A stretch of 48,702 nt of DNA, from NCBI GenBank assembly GCA_043826455.1, contig JBDRQD010000031.1:1-48702 (forward strand), written 5' to 3'. This stretch comes from Candidatus Bathyarchaeota archaeon. Lineage in GTDB: Archaea > Thermoproteota > Bathyarchaeia > TCS64. A program made the translations under genes and the position numbers. Shown one piece after another: positions 1 through 9,020 of this stretch. Every line of letters begins with the position of its first letter. Within the stretch, counting starts at the first letter, position 1. The notes under the pieces are model-generated. The model was not told the DNA's origin, did not search any database, and worked only from the letters and a program-made list of their open reading frames with translations.

Positions 1-149
1 AAAAAGCCTGAAAACAGGGAATCGCGGTGGCGGTGATGGGACCCCCCCTCCCCCCCCACACGCACACGAAGAAAAAGACGCAGACAACCCCAAAAAAAGA
101 CACCCAGAACCCAACACAGCCGCACCCAGCCCACCACACCAACTGGACA

Positions 150-157
150 TTTATAAG
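150..157 (+). promoter_or_regulatory. Putative TATA box for srp54
   Basis: TTTATAAG ~40 nt upstream of the GTG start; SD-like AGGTGA at 184-189. Confidence 0.5.
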
Positions 158-194
158 ACACGTACATCAGTACAAACCATACCAGGTGAACACA

Positions 195-1520
195 GTGGTC
201 CTCGAAAACCTAGGCAGCAACCTCTACAACGCCATACAGAAGATCATCAAAGCCCCCGTAGTAGACGAGACCCTGGTAAAGGAACTAGTAAAAGACTTCC
301 AACGAGCCCTACTACAAGCAGACGTCAACGTCCAGCTCGTCATGGAGCTCAGCCAGAACATCCAGAAGAGGTCCCTGGAGGAGAAGCTGCCCCCCGGCAT
401 CAGCCGCAGAGAGCACATAGTCAAGGTCATCTACAATGAGCTCACACGGTTCGTCGGCGAGACCCCCCAGGAGCTGAAGATCACACCCGGCAAGCAGAAC
501 ATAATAATGATGGTGGGCATCCAGGGCAGCGGCAAGACCACCCACACAGCCAAGCTGGCCCGGTACTTCCAAAAGCGGGGCCTCAAGGTGGGCATCATAT
601 GCGCCGACACCTTCAGGCCCGGCGCCTACAACCAGCTGAAGCAGCTGGCTGACAGCATCAAGGCCCCCTTCTACGGCGAGCCCGACGCCAAGGAGCCCGT
701 GGCCCTCGCCAGGCGCGGGGCAGCCCACTTCAAGGACTCGGAGGTCGTCATACTGGACACCTCTGGGCGCCACAAGGAGGAGACGGCCCTCATCCGGGAG
801 ATGCAGCAGATAGAGGCCGCCGTGAAGCCCCAGGAGATCATACTGGTCCTGGACGGCACCATAGGGCAGCAGGCCGCGGCCCAGGCCAAGGCCTTCAAGG
901 AGGCCACGGCCGTGGGCAGCATCATCGTCTCCAAGCTGGACGGCACGGCCAGGGGCGGAGGCGCCCTCAGCAGCGTAGCCGCCACCGGGGTGCCCATCAA
1001 GTTCATCGGCACCGGGGAGAAGATAGAGGACCTGGAGGCCTTCGTACCCGGCAGGTTCATAGGCCGCCTCCTGGGCATGGGGGACATCGAGGGCCTGGTG
1101 GCCAAGGTGAAGGAGGCCGAGATGCCTGTCAACGAGAAGGACGTCATGGCAATGCTCAGCGGCAAGTTCAGCCTCCAGGACATGTACAACCAGTTCGAGG
1201 CCATGCAGAACATGGGGCCCCTCCAGAAGGTGCTATCCATGATCCCCGGGTTCAGCTACCAGCTGCCCACTGAGGAGCTGGAGAACGCCGAGGAGCGGCT
1301 GACCAGGTGGAAGGTCATCATCCAGAGCATGACGCCGGAGGAGAGAGAGGACCCCAAGGTCCTTAACGCCAGCAGGATGAAGCGCGTCGCCAGAGGCAGC
1401 GGCACAGAGGAGCGGGAAGTAAGAGAACTTATAAAACAGTATAATACTATGAGGAAAATGCTTAAACAGATGAAGGGAAGCCGAAGAATGAGGCGCCAGA
1501 TGCCCTTCAAGTTTGGGTAG
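195..1520 (+). CDS. srp54: Signal recognition particle protein SRP54
   Basis: GIQGSGKTT, DTFRPGA, DTSGRH, SKLDGTARGGG GTPase motifs; Met-rich M domain; start reassigned to GTG195 (MVLENLG) after AGGTGA. Confidence 0.97.
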   Translation: MVLENLGSNLYNAIQKIIKAPVVDETLVKELVKDFQRALLQADVNVQLVMELSQNIQKRSLEEKLPPGISRREHIVKVIYNELTRFVGETPQELKITPGKQNIIMMVGIQGSGKTTHTAKLARYFQKRGLKVGIICADTFRPGAYNQLKQLADSIKAPFYGEPDAKEPVALARRGAAHFKDSEVVILDTSGRHKEETALIREMQQIEAAVKPQEIILVLDGTIGQQAAAQAKAFKEATAVGSIIVSKLDGTARGGGALSSVAATGVPIKFIGTGEKIEDLEAFVPGRFIGRLLGMGDIEGLVAKVKEAEMPVNEKDVMAMLSGKFSLQDMYNQFEAMQNMGPLQKVLSMIPGFSYQLPTEELENAEERLTRWKVIIQSMTPEEREDPKVLNASRMKRVARGSGTEEREVRELIKQYNTMRKMLKQMKGSRRMRRQMPFKFG

Positions 1521-1532
1521 GAGAACACAGAA

Positions 1533-1829
1533 ATGGGAAAAACTAGTAGCGGAATACGCAGAAAGAGCAGGGCAGCCCTGAGCAAGAGGGTCCGGGAGAA
1601 GGGTAGACTCCCACTCAGCAGGTTGCTCACGAAGTACGAGGAAGGCGAGAAAGTAGTCATCACCATCGACCCAGGCGTCCACAAGGGCATGCCCCACAAA
1701 CGTTTCCAGGGGAAGGTGGCCGACGTCGTCGGCAAGAGGGGCAGAGCCTACGTCCTTGAGATACCCCAGAGGAAGACGGTTAAGACCATCATCGCCACCC
1801 CAGAGCACATAAGGAAGCACAAAGGCTGA
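1533..1829 (+). CDS. rpl21e: 50S ribosomal protein L21e
   Basis: IDPGVHKGMPHKRFQGKV and PEHIR motifs; conserved context. Confidence 0.96.
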   Translation: MGKTSSGIRRKSRAALSKRVREKGRLPLSRLLTKYEEGEKVVITIDPGVHKGMPHKRFQGKVADVVGKRGRAYVLEIPQRKTVKTIIATPEHIRKHKG

Positions 1830-1833
1830 TCAC

Positions 1834-2160
1834 ATGACCGTCTCTAACAAGAAGGAGATCACGGTGGCCGAGGCCAGGAAGATACTCATGGACAAGGCCG
1901 AGGACCTTGACCCCCTCCAGCGCCGGGTGCTGGAGTACACCATCCGGTTCAGCAAGCTGGACAGCGAGACCGCAGCCAAGATCACCGACGAGCTGGTCAA
2001 GGAGGCCAAGATAGAGAGGGGCCTGGCGGTCCAGATAGTCAACTGCATGCCCGCTAGCGTCCCGGAGGTGCGCACCTTCCTGGGCAGGCAGCGCATCATC
2101 GCCGAGGACACTTTGAACAAGATTCTAGGGATAATTGAAAAATACCGGGTCGAAGAATAA
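1834..2160 (+). CDS. rpoF: RNA polymerase subunit F (Rpo4)
   Basis: LEYTIRFSKL and AVQIVNCMP..VPEVRTFL HRDC-like pattern; follows rpl21e. Confidence 0.9.
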   Translation: MTVSNKKEITVAEARKILMDKAEDLDPLQRRVLEYTIRFSKLDSETAAKITDELVKEAKIERGLAVQIVNCMPASVPEVRTFLGRQRIIAEDTLNKILGIIEKYRVEE

Positions 2161-2192
2161 GTACCCGGTAAAGGTACCCGGAGCTGATTGAG

Positions 2193-2759
2193 TTGTACAA
2201 GGAGCCAAAGAAGTACGAGGAGTACGCCTACGTCCTGGACTACCTACCCCACGGCAGGCCAGGCGCACCCAGGACAGCTCACACGGCGTCGGGGGTCATC
2301 CAGCTCCTAGGCGAGGAGTACTTCACCCTCCTTGAGGCCACCCCCAACAGGGACGCCGAGTACAACATCGGGGACAGGATATACGTGGGCAAGGGTGACA
2401 GGGCCCTGGTGAGCCACATCCTGGGCAGGATCAACTACGAGGAGCTCACGTCCCAGTCGAAGGCCGAGCTCCTCGCCGTCATAGAGGACATCGTCCAGAG
2501 CAACGAGGCAAGGTTCATAGAGTTCTTCAACACCAGCCCGTCACTCACCCCACGGATGCACTCCCTGGAGCTTATACCGGGCATAGGCAAGCGCCTCATG
2601 TTCCAGATACTGGAGCTGCGGGAGAGGTACCCCTTCACAGGCTACGAGGACCTGAAGACGAGGGTGAACCTGACGGACCCGGTGAAGCTGTTGGCTCGCC
2701 GCATCCAGGACGAGCTCAGCCAGGAGCAGAAGTACTACCTGTTCGTGAGGCCGGCTTAA
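2193..2759 (+). CDS. DUF655 family putative nucleic-acid-binding protein
   Basis: YAYVLDYLP, GEEYFTLLE, RMHSLELIPGIGK; canonical position after rpoF. Confidence 0.9.
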   Translation: MYKEPKKYEEYAYVLDYLPHGRPGAPRTAHTASGVIQLLGEEYFTLLEATPNRDAEYNIGDRIYVGKGDRALVSHILGRINYEELTSQSKAELLAVIEDIVQSNEARFIEFFNTSPSLTPRMHSLELIPGIGKRLMFQILELRERYPFTGYEDLKTRVNLTDPVKLLARRIQDELSQEQKYYLFVRPA

Positions 2760-2799
2760 CCGAATACATATATGCTCAGGTTAACGTAAAATAAATGGG

Positions 2800-2910
2800 A
2801 TGAGCTCCGCCCTAGTCAACGCGCTGCTGGCTGCGCTGATATTGGCCACCCTGGCGGTCATAGCGTTGCTCGTCAGACTTTTACGCTCCCGGGGCGCCGA
2901 GGTCTCCTGA
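2800..2910 (+). CDS. Small single-pass membrane peptide (36 aa), below ORF-track threshold
   Basis: MSSALVNALLAALILATLAVIALLVRLLRSRGAEVS: one hydrophobic helix followed by basic residues; AT-rich upstream. Confidence 0.45.
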   Translation: MSSALVNALLAALILATLAVIALLVRLLRSRGAEVS

Positions 2911-3013
2911 GGGGCTTCGAAGTGGATTAGGTGGCGGGTGAAACGAGTGACGGGCCACCCCTTTTGCACTATCTTTTTATTAATCTACTGGGCTACTCAG
3001 GTGGGACACAGCG

Positions 3014-3508
3014 ATGAAAGCCAGCACCTTCAAGTTCAAGAAGAACATGCCCTACACCAAGCGCAAGTACATGGGCGGCGTACCCGGGTCTAAGATAGTG
3101 AAGTTCACCATGGGTAACACGGGTCGCGAGTACACCCACAGGGTGGAGCTTATCAACATCAAGGAGATCCAGATCAGGCACAACGCCCTGGAGTCGGCGA
3201 GGGTGGCGGCCAACAGGGTGATGGAGAAGTACGTTGGCAGGGACAACTTCACGCTGAAGGTGGTGCCCTTCCCCCACAACATCATCCGCGAGCACAAGAG
3301 GGTCAACGTGGCCCAGGCCGACAGGTTCCAGGAGGGCATGAAGAAGGCGTACGGCAAGCCCACGGCCATGGCCGCCAGGATCAAGCAGAACCAGCCCATA
3401 TTCGTGGCTGAGGTGGACAAGGCCAACGTGGAGTACGCCAAGGAGGCCCTGAAGAGGGCGGGGGACAAGTTCCCGGTGGCCACTAGGATAGTGGCCACCG
3501 AGCTGTAA
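3014..3508 (+). CDS. rpl10e: 50S ribosomal protein L10e/uL16
   Basis: QIRHNALESAR and ADRFQEGMKKAYGKP motifs. Confidence 0.96.
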   Translation: MKASTFKFKKNMPYTKRKYMGGVPGSKIVKFTMGNTGREYTHRVELINIKEIQIRHNALESARVAANRVMEKYVGRDNFTLKVVPFPHNIIREHKRVNVAQADRFQEGMKKAYGKPTAMAARIKQNQPIFVAEVDKANVEYAKEALKRAGDKFPVATRIVATEL

Positions 3509-3542
3509 CACCTTTAACCAGCCTCAGCTTATTCATCATCAA

Positions 3543-4553
3543 GTGCCCGCTTTGTATAACCTGGAGCTCCCCAAGATCGCCGAGGAGATCAAGAGGAGAG
3601 GCAGCACACGGGTTCTGCTGCAGCTGCCGGACGGCATGAGACCCCACGCGTTGCAGCTGGTCAGGGTCATACGCGAAGCCACGGGGGCCCAGGTGTTCCT
3701 CTCAGGCGACTCATGCTACGGCGCATGCGACATCGCCACCCGCCAGGCCCGTGAGCTGGAGGCGGACCTCTTGGTCCACATCGGCCACAGCGCCATGGTG
3801 GAGGAAGGCGAGGTGCCCGTCCTCTACGTTCACGCGGAGGTGGACGTGGACGTGAGGCGCCTCGTGGAGGAGACCCTGCCGCATCTGAGCGAGTATAGGC
3901 GGGTGGGGGTGGTGACGACAGTCCAGCACGTCCATCAGGTACACGAGGTTGCCCTGGAGCTGGAGAGGCGCGGCGTCGAGGCTCGTGTGGGGGAGGGCGA
4001 CGACAAGGCCCCGAACGCGGGCCAGGTCCTGGGGTGCCACTACGGGGCCGCCCTGAGGGTGGCCGAGGACGTGGACGCCTTCCTCTACGTGGGGGGCGGC
4101 AGGTTCCACCCCCTGGGGCTGGCCCTGGCCACGGGCAAGCCCGTGGTGGTGGCCGACCCCTACAGTGGCTCGGTGACCGCGGTGGAGCCGGAGGCCCTCA
4201 TGGGGCTCGCCAAGAGGAGGATGGCGGGTATAGTCGCGGCCAGGGACGCCAAGGCGCTGGGGATACTGGTGTCCTCGAAGCCCGGGCAGGGGGCTCTGGA
4301 GGTGGCTGAGGGCCTGGAGCGCAGGTTCAGGGACAGGGGCGTCGAGGCCGCCATATTTTATCTGGACGAGGTGAGGGCGGAGCACCTGAACAACTACTCG
4401 GAGCCCCAGGCCTTCATAGTGACGGCGTGCCCCAGGATCGCCATAGACGGGGTCACCGGGGTGGACAGGCCCATGCTCACCGTCCAGGAGGCACGCGTGG
4501 CCCTGGGGGACCTCACGTGGGACGAGGTGTGGGGCAGGGGCTACCTGGGCTGA
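3543..4553 (+). CDS. dph2: Diphthamide biosynthesis enzyme Dph2
   Basis: LQLPDG, SCYGACD, GQVLGC, ACPRI Fe-S ligand motifs. Confidence 0.94.
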   Translation: MPALYNLELPKIAEEIKRRGSTRVLLQLPDGMRPHALQLVRVIREATGAQVFLSGDSCYGACDIATRQARELEADLLVHIGHSAMVEEGEVPVLYVHAEVDVDVRRLVEETLPHLSEYRRVGVVTTVQHVHQVHEVALELERRGVEARVGEGDDKAPNAGQVLGCHYGAALRVAEDVDAFLYVGGGRFHPLGLALATGKPVVVADPYSGSVTAVEPEALMGLAKRRMAGIVAARDAKALGILVSSKPGQGALEVAEGLERRFRDRGVEAAIFYLDEVRAEHLNNYSEPQAFIVTACPRIAIDGVTGVDRPMLTVQEARVALGDLTWDEVWGRGYLG

Positions 4554-4667
4554 CCGCTGGGTTTTTAAAACACGCCACCGTATCTGCCCATACTATCACA
4601 TCACACTCACAAAAGGGTCCCCGGGGGGCATAACCGGGGACAAAACAGAATAGAAGGATGAAGCAGA

Positions 4668-5240
4668 ATGGCGAGGAAGCCCGAGAGAAAGGAGGTCTTC
4701 CCCGGGGAGAAGCTGGCCGTCGTAGAGGAGTACGGCGACGGCAAGGGTACGTATCAGCTTGACGGGGATGTTAGGTCATCAGAGATAGGTGTCACTAGGA
4801 TTGACGCCGGGACACGGAGCATGGTGGTGGATAAGTGGACTCCGGAGATCACTGTCCCCCTGGAGGGGCTGGATGTGGTTGCGGAGGTGGGGTCGGTTGC
4901 CAGGAAGGACGCCCGGATAGACATATTCATGATGGGCGGCAGGCACATTCACCCGACGTACAGCGGGGTGGTTCACATAAGCGACATCAGCACCGAGTAC
5001 GTGAAGAACATCGACATGGCGCTCAGGAGCGGCGACGTGGTGAAGGGCAAGCTGGTGAACACCAGGAATCGGCTCAACCAGGTCACCCTGGCTGGCCCCG
5101 AGTACGGGGTCATATATGCTTACTGCAGCAGGTGCGGAGGCGTCCTGACGAGGGACGGGGGAAAGCTTACGTGCCCGGGCTGCGGAAGGGTTGAGCGGAG
5201 GAAGACCGCCCGAAGCTACGGAAAGGAGGAGCTGGTATGA
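4668..5240 (+). CDS. csl4: Exosome RNA-binding protein Csl4
   Basis: VFPGEKL, S1 domain, CSRC...CPGC zinc ribbon, ERRKTA. Confidence 0.92.
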   Translation: MARKPERKEVFPGEKLAVVEEYGDGKGTYQLDGDVRSSEIGVTRIDAGTRSMVVDKWTPEITVPLEGLDVVAEVGSVARKDARIDIFMMGGRHIHPTYSGVVHISDISTEYVKNIDMALRSGDVVKGKLVNTRNRLNQVTLAGPEYGVIYAYCSRCGGVLTRDGGKLTCPGCGRVERRKTARSYGKEELV

Positions 5241-5527
5241 GGATCAACATAGTCAAGCAGGAGGGGGGCTACATGGAGCTGGATTTCAGCGGCGAGGGCC
5301 ACACCATGCTGAACCTGCTGCAGAGCAGCCTCCTGGAGGACCCGGAGGTGGAGATGGCCGGGTACAGCAAGCCCCACCCCCTGATGGACAGGGCCAAACT
5401 GTTCATCACGCTAAGGAAGGGTGAGGGGCACCTGGATGCTGTGAGGAGGGCCGCCGAAGCTGCCGGAGGCAAGCTGGACGAGTTCCTGGCCGGGTTTGAG
5501 GCGAGCCTCCGCGAGTTTAAAGGTTGA
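5237..5527 (+). CDS. rpoL: RNA polymerase subunit L (Rpo11)
   Basis: GEGHTMLNLL and AGYSKPHPL motifs; ATGA overlap with csl4. Confidence 0.93.
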   Translation: MRINIVKQEGGYMELDFSGEGHTMLNLLQSSLLEDPEVEMAGYSKPHPLMDRAKLFITLRKGEGHLDAVRRAAEAAGGKLDEFLAGFEASLREFKG

Positions 5528-5546
5528 TAGATGTTTCGGGGGGCGT

Positions 5547-6053
5547 GTGCCCCTGAGCCGGGTGAGGATTAGGCAGGCTAAGAGGCAGGTTCGCGTCCTG
5601 GGGCTGGCCGTCGCTGAGCTCGGCGGCTGTTTCCTGCCTGTGGGTGTGGTCTACAGGGGCCGCCTGGGGGCCGAGGGCGTCGTCGGGTGCAGGCCATGCG
5701 GCGGCGACGCGGCCGAGGCGGTCTCGGAGGCCGTCAGAGGGTCTCCTCACTACGGCCAGGTCAGGGTATTATTGTTGGATCTATCCCGGCTGCCTGGGGG
5801 CTGCGCCCTGGACCCCCTCAAGTTGGAGGATCTGGCGGGTAGGCCGGTGCTGGCTCTGGGGCCCATTGATGCTGAGCTGGACGGCAGGCACATGTTCAGG
5901 TGGGGGGCCTACACGGTGGTCTCGGCGGGGCTCACCGAGGGGGACGCCCGGGGGGTCCTGGCCGCGGCGTCCGTGGACGGGTACCCTGAGGCTCTGCGGG
6001 TGGCATGGCTGGTTGCCGGCGCCCTAGGTGGGGCTGGCTTACACAAGGTTTAA
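5547..6053 (+). CDS. DUF99 family (endonuclease V-like) protein, divergent
   Basis: RVLG, GVVYRG, HYGQVRVLLLD, YPEALRVA; canonical position between rpoL and tfs; start GTG5547 or GTG5562. Confidence 0.75.
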   Translation: MPLSRVRIRQAKRQVRVLGLAVAELGGCFLPVGVVYRGRLGAEGVVGCRPCGGDAAEAVSEAVRGSPHYGQVRVLLLDLSRLPGGCALDPLKLEDLAGRPVLALGPIDAELDGRHMFRWGAYTVVSAGLTEGDARGVLAAASVDGYPEALRVAWLVAGALGGAGLHKV

Positions 6054-6096
6054 AAATGGTTTCTGCTGGATAGTGTGCGGGCGGAGGTAGTCTGAT

Positions 6097-6417
6097 CTGA
6101 AGTTCTGTCCAGAGTGCGGGGCCTTCTGCGTGGCTGACAACGAGAAGAAGTGCTACGTTTGCCCCAGGTGTGGTCATGAGGAGCCTCTGGAGGAAACCAG
6201 GACGGTGAGCCGTGTTAACCGGGGGGACGACAAGATCATCGTTGTTGGGCAGAAGGAGCGTAAGCTGAGCACCATGCCTCGGACGAAGGCTAAGTGTGAG
6301 AAGTGTGATAACGATGAGGCGTACTGGTGGATGGTTCAGACGCGGGGCATCGATGAGAGCATGACCCAGTTCTACCGGTGCACCAAGTGCGGCCACACGT
6401 GGCGCGACTACAGCTGA
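6097..6417 (+). CDS. tfs: Transcription factor S
   Basis: Two Zn ribbons (KFCPECG..CPRC; CEKC..CTKC), QTRGIDESMT with catalytic DE; start inferred at CTG6097. Confidence 0.92.
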   Translation: MKFCPECGAFCVADNEKKCYVCPRCGHEEPLEETRTVSRVNRGDDKIIVVGQKERKLSTMPRTKAKCEKCDNDEAYWWMVQTRGIDESMTQFYRCTKCGHTWRDYS

Positions 6418-6481
6418 CCACTGTATTTTTATTGGCTTGTGTCTATTGTGTGTGCAGCATCGCGTTGTTTAGCTGAGGAAA

Positions 6482-7240
6482 ATGACATTGTTTGAGGTTG
6501 AGGTTTCAAGGATTGACCCCTTCCGGAGCCTGGTGAAGGCGCTGAGCGTCATTGTGGAGGAGGGCACCTTCTCGTTGAATGAGGCTCAGATGCGGCTGCT
6601 GGCCATGGATCCTAGCCACGTGGCCATGGTGGACTTTGAGCTTCCGGGGGGCTTCTTCGACAGCTACCGTTGTGAGGGTGAGCCGAGGCTTAGTATAAAC
6701 ATCAAGGAGTTCCTAAAGTTCCTGGACAGGGTGGAGAGGGATGAGCAGGTCCGGATCGTGCTTAGTGAGGAGAAGGCGCGGCTGGTCATCCACTGTAAGC
6801 GTGGTGGGCATAGTAGGCGGTTTGAGATGCCGATCCTGGAGCCGTTGGACGAGGAGGTGCCTCAGCCTAAGATATTCTTCAAGGCTAGGGCCCGGTTGAC
6901 TACGAATGCGCTCCGGATGGCGATCCGGGATGCTGATCTGGTGTCGGAGCATGTGCGGGTTGAGGTGGAGAAGGATGTGTTGAAGATCAATGCGACGGGG
7001 GATATGGGGTCTAGTTTCAGTGAGTGGGAGAGGGATAGTGATGATTTGCTTGATCTTAAGGTGGATGAGGTGAGCGGTGCTACTTTTACGTTGAGCTACC
7101 TGAGTGACATCGCTAACGCGGCGGGTTCGGTGAGTGAGGTGGCTTCGCTGGAGTTGAGCACGGATATGCCTGTGAAGATGGATTTTGAGATCCCTCAGGG
7201 CCGGCTGGTATATTACCTGGCGCCGTGCATCGGCGTCTAG
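6482..7240 (+). CDS. pcn: DNA sliding clamp PCNA
   Basis: AMDPSHVAMVD and C-terminal YYLAP motifs, 252 aa. Confidence 0.97.
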   Translation: MTLFEVEVSRIDPFRSLVKALSVIVEEGTFSLNEAQMRLLAMDPSHVAMVDFELPGGFFDSYRCEGEPRLSINIKEFLKFLDRVERDEQVRIVLSEEKARLVIHCKRGGHSRRFEMPILEPLDEEVPQPKIFFKARARLTTNALRMAIRDADLVSEHVRVEVEKDVLKINATGDMGSSFSEWERDSDDLLDLKVDEVSGATFTLSYLSDIANAAGSVSEVASLELSTDMPVKMDFEIPQGRLVYYLAPCIGV

Positions 7241-7326
7241 CCTCCTATTTCTCTGTGCGTAAGCTAACCCATAATTGCACAATCCTTCGGCGCCGTGCGC
7301 GGCTTAGGAATACCGGCTCGGCGCCA

Positions 7327-7743
7327 TCAAGCCACCCTTGAGGTGATTCCATCGAAGCCTGCGTCGAAGCTGGCTATCCTATCTATTCTGCGGTTCTCCA
7401 TCATGGCCAAAGACGCGCAGTCCGTGAAGCTTAACCCCCTCTCAGAGTATCTTTTAAACAGGGTCCAGGCATTACTGAAGGTTTCTTCATCGACGTTTAA
7501 TATCTCAATGAAGGAGGGCGTATCTTGGCCTAGGATGAGTTTGCCGAGAGCGACTGCGACATCGGATCTCTTGGTTCGTACAAGGGCCACCGTGACGGCC
7601 TCATCGAAGACATAATCAGTGGTGTAAGCCGGGCCCATCTCACCTCCGGCGATGGATGACACTAGCCTGAGGGCGTCACTGTGGTTCACATCCTGCCTGT
7701 TGTGGAAGCCTACGAGCACACCTGTGTCTATTAAAACAGTCAG
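7327..7743 (-). CDS. vapC: VapC PIN-domain toxin
   Basis: VLIDTG, TDYVFDEAVT, LSFTDC, IASFDAGF; probable CTG start overlapping the antitoxin TGA. Confidence 0.9.
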   Translation of the reverse strand: MTVLIDTGVLVGFHNRQDVNHSDALRLVSSIAGGEMGPAYTTDYVFDEAVTVALVRTKRSDVAVALGKLILGQDTPSFIEILNVDEETFSNAWTLFKRYSERGLSFTDCASLAMMENRRIDRIASFDAGFDGITSRVA

Positions 7744-8042
7744 ATGTGGCCATCCTCCGCGGGCATTCTCTGTCCGTAGAGGATCTGGTCTATCTCCTCT
7801 TCTCGGGTCTCTACGCCCCAATCCATGGGTGCGTTTAAGAGCGCTTCTAACTGCCTTTTAGGCAGGGGCGGGGCCTCTATGGCTCTCTCTAAGACCTGAT
7901 CCAAGTGGTCGGCTGAGAACCTTATTATTGTGTCCAAGAGCCTTTGCTGGGGTATCTTGCTGCCTGTTGCGAGGGTGATCTTTGCCTGGAGGGCTTCAAG
8001 GGTCTTCTTCGCGTCTTCGCTCACCTTTATGGAGGAGCCCAT
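7740..8042 (-). CDS. Putative antitoxin (RHH-like N-terminus)
   Basis: SSIKVSEDAK N-terminus, acidic C-terminus (REEEIDQILYG), directly upstream of the PIN gene. Confidence 0.78.
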   Translation of the reverse strand: MGSSIKVSEDAKKTLEALQAKITLATGSKIPQQRLLDTIIRFSADHLDQVLERAIEAPPLPKRQLEALLNAPMDWGVETREEEIDQILYGQRMPAEDGHI

Positions 8043-8163
8043 AGGTTTTAGTGGAATTTTCTACTTTTTATACTTTTCTACTTTTTCTGTGCGCATAAAT
8101 CTGTTCGTCTCTGCTGCACGCGACTTACCTGGTTTGAGTATGACGTATCTGTTGTGAATGGCC

Positions 8164-8281
8164 CATGTTTTTGTATGGAATGGATAGCGTTTTTGCGTAG
8201 ATTCATGCGGCGTCGGACCGGTTCTAGGAGCCCTTTTGGTGTGGGGCGGCTGTTTCCGGTTCATCCGCGTTACCCCCTCTC
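8164..8281 (+). repeat. Copy A of a ~118-bp diverged direct repeat with a covarying hairpin
   Basis: Ungapped hand alignment to 9355-9472 gives ~70% identity (about 35 mismatches in 118). Confidence 0.8.
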
Positions 8282-8342
8282 GTTTTTCTACTGGCGCCAT
8301 CCTTAAGAGCTATCTTATCCGTTAAGGTGAGCTGCGGACCAT

Positions 8343-8370
8343 ATTTTAGGAGGTTTTCTCCTCCTAAAAT
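8343..8370. repeat. Perfect 11-bp inverted repeat
   Basis: ATTTTAGGAGG-ttttct-CCTCCTAAAAT. Confidence 0.8.
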
Positions 8371-8375
8371 CGGTG

Positions 8376-8565
8376 CCCCCCTATCTTTTTTGCATATATA
8401 CTACGGGTCATGCCCTCGCGGGGTGAAATAACTCGTTTTATGGCTGAAAAAACCGTCATAAAATGATACCCCCCCTACTTTTTTTGGCATTCGCCTCCGC
8501 GGGTCAGCTACCCGAATGGTAGAAAAATCTGTCATTAGGGGGTACCCCCCCTACTTTTTTTGCAT
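8376..8565 (+). repeat. Three imperfect direct repeats C6-7-TA(T)C-T6-7-(G)GCAT
   Basis: Copies at 8376-8395, 8469-8490 and 8545-8565. Confidence 0.8.
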
Positions 8566-8603
8566 ATCAAACTGGTTAGATTATGTGGAGGGGCTGTTGT
8601 CGC

Positions 8604-9020
8604 TCAGCGTATGGTTTTCAGGTACTGGTCTACCTGTGATGCTGTGAGGCCTGCCTTGTCTGCGGCCCTCAGGATGTCTGTGTCCTCGGTTACCAGGCTG
8701 GTGCCGGCTTTGAGGGCGGCTGTGAGGTACGCTGAGTCGTAGAAGGTGAGGCCGTGCCGTGAGGCGTTCTCCGCGATGGCCGCTAATTCGCCGGGGTCTA
8801 TTCTTCTTATGTTCATGATGGAGATGAGCCTCACGATGGCTTTCATTTTCTCCGCTGCTTCCCCGGGTTCTCCGCCGGATGCCCGGTTCTCCTTCCAGAC
8901 GATGTTTCCGAGCTCGTATAGGGTGAGGTCCAGGACGGTTTGGCCTTCCAGGATGGGGGCGGCGTCTCCCCGCAGCCTTCGTAGGGCCGCCTGGACACTG
9001 CTGGCGTCGAAGAGGGGCAC
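8604..9020 (-). CDS. vapC: VapC PIN-domain toxin
   Basis: LFDASS, LYELGN, LTFYDSAY, LVTED PIN motifs. Confidence 0.9.
   Translation of the reverse strand: MPLFDASSVQAALRRLRGDAAPILEGQTVLDLTLYELGNIVWKENRASGGEPGEAAEKMKAIVRLISIMNIRRIDPGELAAIAENASRHGLTFYDSAYLTAALKAGTSLVTEDTDILRAADKAGLTASQVDQYLKTIR

Noticed and set aside
27..194. 56-aa N-terminal extension of SRP54 in the ORF track
   Set aside because: Low-complexity A/C-rich sequence containing the TATA box; homology and the SD point to GTG195.
4618..4640. Hairpin TCCCCGG..CCGGGGA upstream of csl4 as an ncRNA
   Set aside because: A single 7-bp stem with no C/D boxes or other support.
7241..8125. Direct repeat flanking the first TA module (TCTGTGCG at ~7252 and ~8086)
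   Set aside because: The match is too short and gapped to distinguish from chance.
8340..8570. CRISPR array or canonical ORB replication origin
   Set aside because: Only three degenerate low-complexity repeats with unequal spacing; no cas genes, ORB consensus or orc1/cdc6 nearby.
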